Assembly (NCBI GenBank): GCA_026396115.1 | Contig: JAPLXL010000005.1 | Span: forward strand, 137,316 to 201,315 | Direction of reading: 5' to 3' | Source: Candidatus Nealsonbacteria bacterium | Lineage (GTDB): Bacteria; Patescibacteriota; Minisyncoccia; Minisyncoccales; RBG-13-42-11 | DNA length: 64,000 bases | In this document: piece by piece, positions 44,617 to 52,371 of the stretch | Layout of the letters: the number at the start of each line of letters is the position of its first letter | Numbering within the stretch: position 1 is the stretch's first letter | Translations under genes and position numbers: made by a program | Notes under the pieces: generated by a model | Told to the model about the DNA's origin: nothing | What the model saw: the letters and a program-made list of their open reading frames with translations, nothing else | The model's database searches: none

Positions 44617-45822
44617 ATGAAAAGGAAGATTGATATGCGATTTGGTGGAGGATACAATACAATTTTGTATTCTGCCAGGAGAAACTGTTTCTTTGCCTAT
44701 GAGCAGGAAGCAGTGGAAATTCATTCTAAATACGGGGGGAGGCAGTATTACTCCTCTCGAACTGGGTTGAGTGGTGCCGGTTTTCTCGAAGTTGATCCGA
44801 TCAACAATGATTTGATCCAGTTCGGGTATTACCGGACAGATGCGATGAGCGAACAGCGAATAGAGACAGTTCATACTGTCAATGGTTGTCCAGTATTTGG
44901 TTATGCCCCGATTATCTCGCATGGGGGAATTGACCAAAACGCACCGTTTGTACTCGCGGACGGTAGGAAAGTGGCGTTTGTCCATGCCTGCGATGTTCGT
45001 GATACCATTCTTAAATGGGAAGGGATTAAGGGCAAGGAAATCGAGTTGAACTATTATGATCACTACGGTCATAAAGAGAAACTCACTTTCCAGTTTTACA
45101 ATCCTGACCATTTCAGAGAAGTGAGGGCAAGCCGTTTCGTAGACTTACGAGGTCCTCGCCTAGAGGCAAAGGCAGTCCAACTCGAAGAGTTGGAAAGCGT
45201 CTTTGCTCGTCAGCTTTCCATTTCAAAAGAGATGGAAAGCGAGCGCTGGTTTCACATCAATGCCGATGGAATATTCGACATGATGTGGGAAGAGGACCCT
45301 CGTCAAATCGTCGGCGAAATCGTACCAGGATGGTACGGCGAAGGCAATGGTCTCTACTGGCGACGTGGTCGCAACGGCGTGAAAGTTTTCATGGAGATTA
45401 AAAGGTCTTCCTTGAATGGCGGGAAATATGTCGTTAATGGCAAAACTTCCGAGTTTATCGACTACGAGCAGAACTTTTCCATCTTGGAATGGTTCAGCAA
45501 GGACATTGATGCGTGGAAGAAACACTTCGTCGCGCAAGTGACGAAGAAAACACGCATGGACTACGTATATGCCTGCCAGTGTGTGGGCATAAATACTTAT
45601 GAGTTGATGAAACAACATCCGGATGTCCGAGTCTGTCTCCAAGATTCACTTGATGTTGGCAACTGTCGCCCGGCATCAGAGGAATTCGTCGAGCAATATA
45701 AAATCAAGCTCGATGAGGACGGATACACTGCCATAAAGACATTGCTAGAAAATCCGAACATCGACGAGATGTTGCGGAATTTCAACTTTCAGAAGACAAT
45801 CCACTACAAACTAGTGGATTAA
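44617..45822 (+). CDS. Hypothetical protein, compositionally foreign
   Basis: 401-aa ORF, AGGAGG SD at 44604-44609, visibly more GC-rich than core genes. Confidence 0.7.
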   Translation: MKRKIDMRFGGGYNTILYSARRNCFFAYEQEAVEIHSKYGGRQYYSSRTGLSGAGFLEVDPINNDLIQFGYYRTDAMSEQRIETVHTVNGCPVFGYAPIISHGGIDQNAPFVLADGRKVAFVHACDVRDTILKWEGIKGKEIELNYYDHYGHKEKLTFQFYNPDHFREVRASRFVDLRGPRLEAKAVQLEELESVFARQLSISKEMESERWFHINADGIFDMMWEEDPRQIVGEIVPGWYGEGNGLYWRRGRNGVKVFMEIKRSSLNGGKYVVNGKTSEFIDYEQNFSILEWFSKDIDAWKKHFVAQVTKKTRMDYVYACQCVGINTYELMKQHPDVRVCLQDSLDVGNCRPASEEFVEQYKIKLDEDGYTAIKTLLENPNIDEMLRNFNFQKTIHYKLVD

Positions 45823-46019
45823 TAATTAATCAAGGCGCTAACTGTCTTATTAGAGTTTTCGTAAGCCACCGAATGAAAATTTTAATGAAAAGTTAGTTGG
45901 TGAGATCTGTTATTAACAGATGGCCTTGACTCACCGTAAAACAAAAAGGATGCACTTATATGAAGGAGGTAAGAGTTTACTTATCAAAAGTTTACTCATT
46001 ATAATACTCTTCCTCCTTC

Positions 46020-46062
46020 AATCTCCCAAGTTCAGAATTAAGATTCTGGATTTAGGAGATTG
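46020..46062 (+). repeat. 43-bp palindromic direct repeat, copy 1
   Basis: AATCTCCCAAGTTCAGAATTAAGATTCTGGATTTAGGAGATTG. Confidence 0.9.
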
Positions 46063-46108
46063 GAAAAAAGAAAGAAAAGAAATAAAAAGAAGAAAGGAGG
46101 TGTTTTAA

Positions 46109-46474
46109 GTGGAAAAGTTCGGTTTAAAAGCCGAAAAGTGGATAATATCTATTTTGAAAAGCAACGGGTTCTCAGTGATAAAATCGAGTGATATAGAGGA
46201 TCTAATTTTCAAAGTAGATTTCTGGATTCAGCACGATAATTACTGGATTCCAGTTCAGTTCTCGGTGGATAAGGAGGCGATTATTAGTTGGAAGGGGACT
46301 AATTCACTTCGACTGGGAATTGTTCCTATGTGGATAGATGGGAACAAGCTCAGGAGGGCTTTTGAAGATGAGGATGGGATAGAGTTAATTAAGGAGTTCT
46401 GGAATCGTGTAGAACAGATTATAGAAAATTGTTCTATAAAGCGATTTCAAACTCCAAACTGGAGTTGCGCTTAA
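46109..46474 (+). CDS. Small hypothetical protein, possible PD-(D/E)XK-like nuclease fold
   Basis: AGGAGGTG SD and GTG start; G..AE helix, D....VDFWI, IPVQFS. Confidence 0.6.
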   Translation: MEKFGLKAEKWIISILKSNGFSVIKSSDIEDLIFKVDFWIQHDNYWIPVQFSVDKEAIISWKGTNSLRLGIVPMWIDGNKLRRAFEDEDGIELIKEFWNRVEQIIENCSIKRFQTPNWSCA

Positions 46475-46520
46475 CCAGATCACTAAAGGGGAACTCAAAT
46501 TGCACACAATGAGTTCCCCT

Positions 46521-46563
46521 AATCCCCCAAGTTCAGAATTAAGATTCTGGATTTAGGAGATTG
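46521..46563 (+). repeat. 43-bp palindromic direct repeat, copy 2
   Basis: AATCCCCCAAGTTCAGAATTAAGATTCTGGATTTAGGAGATTG, one mismatch to copy 1. Confidence 0.9.
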
Positions 46564-46626
46564 TTCCGAGTTTCAGAAAGATAAAATTTAACATAGAGGA
46601 AATAAAATGTTAGGATTTTAAATGGG

Positions 46627-46801
46627 TTTTTCTTCAGAGAGCTGTCAGTAAGTTCTAGCCCCTCCCCCCGGAGATGGCTACCAAGCTAGATCGGACATTA
46701 GTTCTGAAGACTGGCGAATTTCGCCAAAATCTCTCTCATTGTCTTCTAAAAATTGATGTTTGTATCATCCTAGCGCTTGCTGATAGCTTCTTGGAGAAAA
46801 A
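46627..46801 (+). ncRNA. Candidate ~175-nt structured RNA
   Basis: ~30-bp closing stem rich in G-U pairs, nested stems GACATTAGTT/AATTGATGTT, GAAGAC/GTCTTC, TGGCGAA/TTCGCCA. Confidence 0.5.
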
Positions 46802-46803
46802 TA

Positions 46804-46831
46804 TTGACATATTTAAAAAAAAGAGTAAAAT
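46804..46831 (+). promoter_or_regulatory. Putative sigma70 promoter of khpA copy 2
   Basis: TTGACA-16 bp-TAAAAT. Confidence 0.65.
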
Positions 46832-46956
46832 AAAAGACAGCTTGGCAGAGCCAGGCAAAATAGTCGATTTTCTGGATTTCAGAAAGAGAGAATCGCAGAA
46901 TTAAAGGTCGGAAGAATTTTTAGTTTTATTAGTTTTACTTGTTAAAATTAACACTT

Positions 46957-47280
46957 ATGGCAAAAGCAACTATTGACAAAGAATTTCTTGAATACATTAT
47001 TAAAGGCCTAGTTGACTACCCCGATGATGTAAAAGTTGAAAGAAAAGTTGACGAGATGGGTGTTTTGCTCAGTTTGAAAGTCAACTCCGAAGATATGGGT
47101 CAGATTATCGGAAAGGAAGGTTCAACTGCTCGGGCAATAAGAAACCTTATTAGAATTGTAGGTCTCAAAAATCATGCCCGGGTTAACTTAAAGATTGAAG
47201 AACCAGAAGGCAGAGTAGCTGAAGTAAGAAAAGCTCCTGCCCGAAAGAAAGAAAGCGATTTGGATAGTTTAAATCTTTAA
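46957..47280 (+). CDS. khpA: KH-domain RNA-binding protein KhpA, copy 2 (start ATG 46957)
   Basis: DKEFLEYIIKGLVDYPDDV, DMGQIIGKEGSTARAIR; close paralogue of 42939. Confidence 0.9.
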   Translation: MAKATIDKEFLEYIIKGLVDYPDDVKVERKVDEMGVLLSLKVNSEDMGQIIGKEGSTARAIRNLIRIVGLKNHARVNLKIEEPEGRVAEVRKAPARKKESDLDSLNL

Positions 47281-47301
47281 GTCTAAGGTTTACATCAAGA
47301 G

Positions 47302-47338
47302 AAAGCGGTGCTACTATGAAAAGGTGGTACCGTTTTTT
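47302..47338 (+). terminator. Intrinsic terminator after khpA copy 2
   Basis: AAAGCGGTGCTACT...GGTGGTACCGTTTTTT. Confidence 0.6.
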
Positions 47339-47354
47339 CGTATCTCTATTATTA

Positions 47355-47427
47355 GCCTGGGTAGCTCAGTTGGCAGAGCACGTCTTTGGTAAAGACGAGG
47401 TCGCCGGTTCAATCCCGGCCTCAGGCT
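47355..47427 (+). tRNA. tRNA-Thr (GGT)
   Basis: GCCTGGG/CTCAGGC acceptor, CGTCT-TTGGTAA-AGACG, GGTTCAATCCC. Confidence 0.92.
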
Positions 47428-47472
47428 CCCGAGCGATAGTAAAGAGGAGAGAAGAGAATTTATCCTCTACGA
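47428..47472 (+). mobile_element. Degenerate element copy directly at the tRNA-Thr 3' end
   Basis: CCCGAGCGATAGTAAAGAGGAGAGAAGAGAATTTATCCTCTACGA. Confidence 0.65.
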
Positions 47473-47485
47473 ACTCATAAAAAAT

Positions 47486-47653
47486 ATGGCTACAAAAAAG
47501 AAACCATTTATTAAACTTCAGTGCAAAGAGTGCAAAAGAATTAATTATTTTACCCGAAAATCTAAGCAAAAAAAAGCTGAGAGAAAGTTGGAATTTAAAA
47601 AGTTTTGTAAATGGTGCAGAAAAAATACCATCCATAAGGAATCGAAAAGATAG
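47486..47653 (+). CDS. rpmG: 50S ribosomal protein L33 (not in ORF track)
   Basis: Manual translation MATKKKPFIKLQCKECKRINYFTRKSK...KLEFKKFCKWCRKNTIHKESKR; between tRNA-Thr and tRNA-Trp. Confidence 0.93.
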   Translation: MATKKKPFIKLQCKECKRINYFTRKSKQKKAERKLEFKKFCKWCRKNTIHKESKR

Positions 47654-47662
47654 ATAAATAAA

Positions 47663-47734
47663 GGGGGCGTGGTGAAATGGCTATCATAGGAATCTCCAAA
47701 ATTTCTGTTTCAGGTTCGAATCCTGGCGCCCCCG
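47663..47734 (+). tRNA. tRNA-Trp (CCA)
   Basis: GGGGGCG/CGCCCCC acceptor, GGAAT-CTCCAAA-ATTTC, GGTTCGAATCC. Confidence 0.9.
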
Positions 47735-47750
47735 CTTCTTTATAAACAAT

Positions 47751-49298
47751 ATGAACAAAAAGATAATTTTAATAATCATTATCATTATTTTGGTAACCTT
47801 TGGCGTTTATCGAGTTTTTTTAAAAGAAAAAAAACCTGAGTTTAATTTGATTGAGGTGGTTCGGGGAGACATCGTCCAAGAAATTTTTGAAAGCGGCCAA
47901 GTTGGAAGGGGAGAAAAAATAAACCTTATCTTTGAAAACGCCGGAAAAATTGAAAAAATTTATGCCGGGGTGGGCGATGAGGTTAAGGCTGGCCAGGAAT
48001 TGGCAAAGCTGGACACCAGCAATCTTTATATTCAGCTTCAGGATGTTCAAACCGGCCTTGAATTAGCTCAACTAAACTTAAATAAGTTATTGGCCGGTGC
48101 CGGTCCGGAAGAAATTAAAATTACTGAAACCCAACTGGAAAACGCCGAAATTACCTTAGGGATTGCCAAAGAAAATTTAAAAAATAGCTATGAAACAGCC
48201 ATAACTGTTTCAGATGGTTCTTATCCTCAAATTTATAACGCTCTAGATTTTGTAAAAGAATTTGTCGGAGAATACATTAATATCTATGACGAAGACGGTA
48301 GAACAATAATGCGTGCCAGAGATGAAATAGAAAGAGCAGAAGCGGAAGCAAAACTTTATTTAGGGATTGCAAAAAATAATTTAAACAATGATAAAAATAT
48401 TGAAACTGCTCTTTTAATAATGAAAAACTCTCTTGAGACAGCTTTTGACAGCTTAGAAACAATCCGTGAAATTGCCGATAAATCAGCTATTTATCGAGAA
48501 AGAGTTTCGGCAGCTGACAAGGCTTCTTTGGATACCCTGAAAACAAATATTAATGGAGCCCTGACTAATGTTATTGGCGTCCAACAAACAATCTCTTCAA
48601 TGAAATCAAACGTTGAGACGGCGCAAACAAAACTTCAAGAGGCTGAGAGCCGTTTAGATTTAATCAAAGCCGAAGTCCGCCAAGTGGATATTGATTTGTC
48701 TGAAGCCCAGATAAGACAAGCTCAAACCCGGGTACAATTTTACGAAAATCAAATTCAGCAATCAAAACTTATCAGTCCGGCTGCCGGCAAAATCATTGAA
48801 ATTAAAAAGAGAATCGGGGAATTGGTTCAGCCGACCTCGCAGGACGTTGTCATCGTTGTTTTGCCCATCGCCCCTTATGAAATAAAAGTAGACATTTACG
48901 AGGAAGACGTGATTGAAATAAGCGTCGGCAATTCGGTTGAAATTACTTTGGTTGCCTTTCCGGATAAAAAAATTGAAGGGAGGGTTATCTCAATAAGTCC
49001 GGCAGAAAAAATAGTTGACGGCGTGGTTTATTATGAAACAACTATTGGTTTTGAAGAAATGCTCAAGGCGATAAAGCCCGGCATGACCGCAGACGTTATT
49101 ATTCAAGCTGATTTAAAAGAAAATGTTCTGATTATTTCCAGAGATGCAATTCAAGAAAAAGATGACAAAACAATAGTTGAAGTTTTTAAAAATGGGCAGA
49201 TTCAGGAAAGAGATATTGAAATTGGATTGAGGGGGAGCAACGATATGGTAGAAGTGCTTTCCGGTCTTGAAGAGGGAGAAAAAGTAATTCAAAGATAG
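47751..49298 (+). CDS. Efflux membrane-fusion (adaptor) protein, MacA/HlyD-like
   Basis: N-terminal TM, lipoyl half motifs (GKIEKIYAGVGDEVKAGQ, ISPAAGKI), long coiled coil, KPGMTA, GLEEGEKV. Confidence 0.85.
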   Translation: MNKKIILIIIIIILVTFGVYRVFLKEKKPEFNLIEVVRGDIVQEIFESGQVGRGEKINLIFENAGKIEKIYAGVGDEVKAGQELAKLDTSNLYIQLQDVQTGLELAQLNLNKLLAGAGPEEIKITETQLENAEITLGIAKENLKNSYETAITVSDGSYPQIYNALDFVKEFVGEYINIYDEDGRTIMRARDEIERAEAEAKLYLGIAKNNLNNDKNIETALLIMKNSLETAFDSLETIREIADKSAIYRERVSAADKASLDTLKTNINGALTNVIGVQQTISSMKSNVETAQTKLQEAESRLDLIKAEVRQVDIDLSEAQIRQAQTRVQFYENQIQQSKLISPAAGKIIEIKKRIGELVQPTSQDVVIVVLPIAPYEIKVDIYEEDVIEISVGNSVEITLVAFPDKKIEGRVISISPAEKIVDGVVYYETTIGFEEMLKAIKPGMTADVIIQADLKENVLIISRDAIQEKDDKTIVEVFKNGQIQERDIEIGLRGSNDMVEVLSGLEEGEKVIQR

Positions 49299-49343
49299 TC
49301 GAAGAACGTTTGTTCTTCTCCACCCTTCGCTGCGGCTCGGGTG
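49296..49343 (-). mobile_element. Element copy beginning at the TAG stop of the adaptor gene
   Basis: TAGTCGAAGAACGTTTGTTCTTCTCCACCCTTCGCTGCGGCTCGGGTG. Confidence 0.85.
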
Positions 49344-49353
49344 AGAAAAGTTA

Positions 49354-50058
49354 ATGTCAGGGCCAATTATTAAATTAGAAAATATCTGGAAGATTTATCA
49401 ATTGGGAAAAGTAGAACTTCCTGCCTTAAGAGGCGTAGACCTGGAGATTGCTCCAGGTGGTTTTGTTAGTATTATGGGTCCTTCGGGCTCTGGCAAGTCA
49501 ACCCTTCTGAATATGATTGGAGCTTTGGATTTTCCAACCAAAGGCAAGGTTTATTTAAAGGGTAAAGACATTTCTTTGTTTTCAGAAGACGAATTATCTC
49601 AATTAAGAGGAAGAACGATTGGTTTTGTCTTCCAGGAATTTAATATTTTGCCTAACCTTACCGCCTTAGAAAATGTTATGCTGCCAATGGTTTTTCAAGG
49701 TGTATTATCGGAAGAAAGAAAAAAAAGAGCCGAAGAACTGTTAATTTCGGTGGGTTTAAAAGATAGAATTTTTCATCAGCCGGCTGAATTATCCGCTGGC
49801 GAAAGGCAGAGAGTAGCCATAGCCAGAGCTTTTGCCAATGACCCGGAAATGGTCATTGCCGATGAACCCACCGGCAACTTAGATTCGATTACCGGTAAAA
49901 AAATAATGGAGATTTTAACGGATTTTCACCAAAAACAAGGAAAGACCATTGTGGTGGTAACTCATGATCCGAATATTGCAAACTACAGCGAAAAAATTGT
50001 AAATATTAAAGACGGTCAAATAATTATTAACGATAAACAATCAGCCGAAGTTTTATGA
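49354..50058 (+). CDS. ABC transporter ATP-binding protein, MacB/LolD-like
   Basis: GPSGSGKST, LSAGERQRVAIARA, ADEPTGNLD, VTHD. Confidence 0.92.
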   Translation: MSGPIIKLENIWKIYQLGKVELPALRGVDLEIAPGGFVSIMGPSGSGKSTLLNMIGALDFPTKGKVYLKGKDISLFSEDELSQLRGRTIGFVFQEFNILPNLTALENVMLPMVFQGVLSEERKKRAEELLISVGLKDRIFHQPAELSAGERQRVAIARAFANDPEMVIADEPTGNLDSITGKKIMEILTDFHQKQGKTIVVVTHDPNIANYSEKIVNIKDGQIIINDKQSAEVL

Positions 50059-51281
50059 GTGAAATAAACGAATATTTCAAAATAGCTTTAAGAAATCTCA
50101 AGACCAGGTCTTTGAGGAGTTGGCTGACTATTTTAGGTATTGTCATTGGTATTTTTTTAGTTATTAGTTTACTTTCTTTAAGTGAGGGGATTAAAAAAGC
50201 TATTAATCAGCAGTTGGAGACCATGGGCGGAGATATGATTATGGTTATGCCCGGCAGCGAAGAAAACTTAATGGGGATGATGATGGGCGGGGAAGTGTTA
50301 GAGAGGGAAGATATTATGGCCATAGAGAAAACAAAAGGAGTTGAGAATGTTTTAATCATGTCTTATCGAGGAATTGTAGTCAGATATAAAGAAGAGGCGA
50401 AAATGGTATTTTTAACCGGACTGCCCTGGGATCAAGGATTGGAAATTCTGGAGAAATTTCAGGGTTGGAGTTTATCTGAAGGCAGATGGCCTGTTCCCGG
50501 GAAAAGGGAGGTTATAGTCGGCAAGCAATGGATTATTGATATATTTAAGGAAAAAGTCAGGGTAGATGAAGAAATAGTTATGAAAGGAAGAAAGTTTAAA
50601 GTAATAGGGATATTGAATTCTCTTGGCAATAAATCGGATGATAGTAATATTTATTTAGATATAGGTCTTTATCAGGATTTAACCGGAGAAAAAAGAGGTT
50701 CGGCCAGAGTGGCTATGGTAAAAATTGAAGAAGGATTGTCTGCCGATAAGGTAGCCCAAGACCTAAAAGAGAGTCTTCAAAAAACAAGAAAGAGAAGATT
50801 CGGAGAAGATACGGCTGATTTTGCTGTTGTCACTTCTGAAAAAATCATGGGCATAACAAACAATGTTTTAGGTATTATTCAATCTGCCATTATATTTTTT
50901 GCCAGTATTGCTATTCTTGTTGGTGGAATTGGTATAACAAATACAATGTTTACTTCTATTCGTGAAAGGACAAGAGAAATAGGCGTTATGAAGGCGATTG
51001 GTGCCAAAAATTCAACTGTTCTGACGATTTTCTTAATTGAAGCAGGAATCATTGGCTTGGTAGGAGGTGCCGGAGGCATAATATTGGGAATTATTTGTGC
51101 AAAGATTATTGAATTATATTCGCAGGCCAATCCTTTGTTTTACTTTTCTGTTTCTGTATCACCGGGTTTAATTTTATTCGGTTTAACATTTTCACTTTTT
51201 GTCGGCTGTTTCGCCGGATTTCTTCCGGCCAGGCAAGCGGCTAGATTGAAGCCGGTAGAAGCTTTAAGGAGATATGAATAA
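50055..51281 (+). CDS. ABC transporter permease, MacB/FtsX-like
   Basis: RSWLTILGIVIG, VGGIGITNTM..SIRERTREIG..KAIGA, PARQAARLKPVEALR. Confidence 0.92.
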   Translation: MSEINEYFKIALRNLKTRSLRSWLTILGIVIGIFLVISLLSLSEGIKKAINQQLETMGGDMIMVMPGSEENLMGMMMGGEVLEREDIMAIEKTKGVENVLIMSYRGIVVRYKEEAKMVFLTGLPWDQGLEILEKFQGWSLSEGRWPVPGKREVIVGKQWIIDIFKEKVRVDEEIVMKGRKFKVIGILNSLGNKSDDSNIYLDIGLYQDLTGEKRGSARVAMVKIEEGLSADKVAQDLKESLQKTRKRRFGEDTADFAVVTSEKIMGITNNVLGIIQSAIIFFASIAILVGGIGITNTMFTSIRERTREIGVMKAIGAKNSTVLTIFLIEAGIIGLVGGAGGIILGIICAKIIELYSQANPLFYFSVSVSPGLILFGLTFSLFVGCFAGFLPARQAARLKPVEALRRYE

Positions 51282-51774
51282 AGAAATTATAAAATACCCA
51301 AACCCGATATTGAGGAAGAAGTCCGAGGAGATGAAGGAGGTGACCGAAGATATAAAAAAATTTGGCCAAGATATGATTCAAACAATGATGGAAAAAGATG
51401 GCATAGGTTTGGCCGCTCCTCAGGTTGGAGAATTAAAAAGAATAATTGTGGTTTATCCTATTCGGGAAAGATCTCTTGAAGAAAAAGCAAAAAGAACACC
51501 TCAAGTTTTTATTAATCCTAAAATAATAAAAAAGAGTAAAGAGACTATAATTGATGAAGAAGGTTGTTTGAGCCTTCCCGAACTTTTTTTGAAAATAAAA
51601 AGAGCAAAAGAAGTTGAAATTGAAGCATTGAATGAAAGAGGAGAAAAAATTAAAATAAAAACCGAGGGTCTGCCGGCCAGAGTTTTCCAGCACGAAATTG
51701 ACCACTTAGACGGAATATTATTTATAGACAGAATTTCTTTTTTCCAAAAATTATGGCGCTTGTTGAAGAGTTAA
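51274..51774 (+). CDS. def: Peptide deformylase
   Basis: GIGLAAPQVG, EGCLS, QHEIDHLDG. Confidence 0.97.
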   Translation: MNKEIIKYPNPILRKKSEEMKEVTEDIKKFGQDMIQTMMEKDGIGLAAPQVGELKRIIVVYPIRERSLEEKAKRTPQVFINPKIIKKSKETIIDEEGCLSLPELFLKIKRAKEVEIEALNERGEKIKIKTEGLPARVFQHEIDHLDGILFIDRISFFQKLWRLLKS

Positions 51775-52367
51775 TTAAAGAAGGATGGTTGAAGACGCCA
51801 GAGGTAATTTCGGCCTTTAAAAAAATCAAAAGGGTTGATTTTTTGCCGGAAGACCTTAAAGATTTGGCCGAATTAAATGAAGCCCTGCCTATTAATTACG
51901 GCCAGACAATTTCCCAGCCCCTGGTTGTTGCTTTTATGCTGGAATTGTTGGAGCCAAAAAAAGGAGAGAAGATTTTGGATATTGGCTCGGGTTCCGGCTG
52001 GACTTCGGCTCTTTTAGGAGAAATTGTTGGACAAAAGGGAAGGGTTATAGCCATTGATATCGTTCCCGAGTTGAAGGAGTTTGGAAAAAAGAATGTTGGG
52101 AAATATAATTTTGTAGAGAAGGGGATTGTAGAATTTATTTGTGCCGACGGCTCCAAGGGTTATGAAAAAGAAGCGCCGTTTGATAAAATTTTAGTATCGG
52201 CGACCGCAATCAGAATCCCTGATTCTTGGAAAAAACAGTTAAAAGTTGGAGGAAGAATTGTCACGCCGATAAACTCCTCAATCTGGCTTTTTATAAGAAA
52301 GAGCGAAACAGAATTTGACCAAATCGAATACCCCGGCTTTATTTTCGTGCCGCTTATTGAGAAGTAA
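51753..52367 (+). CDS. pcm: Protein-L-isoaspartate O-methyltransferase
   Basis: GQTISQP, LDIGSGSGW, DGSKGY..APFDKI, QLKVGGR, FVPL. Confidence 0.92.
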   Translation: MALVEELIKEGWLKTPEVISAFKKIKRVDFLPEDLKDLAELNEALPINYGQTISQPLVVAFMLELLEPKKGEKILDIGSGSGWTSALLGEIVGQKGRVIAIDIVPELKEFGKKNVGKYNFVEKGIVEFICADGSKGYEKEAPFDKILVSATAIRIPDSWKKQLKVGGRIVTPINSSIWLFIRKSETEFDQIEYPGFIFVPLIEK

Positions 52368-52371
52368 AAAT

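Noticed and set aside
46674-46904. 76-aa ORF
   Set aside because: Overlaps the predicted structured RNA and the khpA promoter; no recognisable motif.
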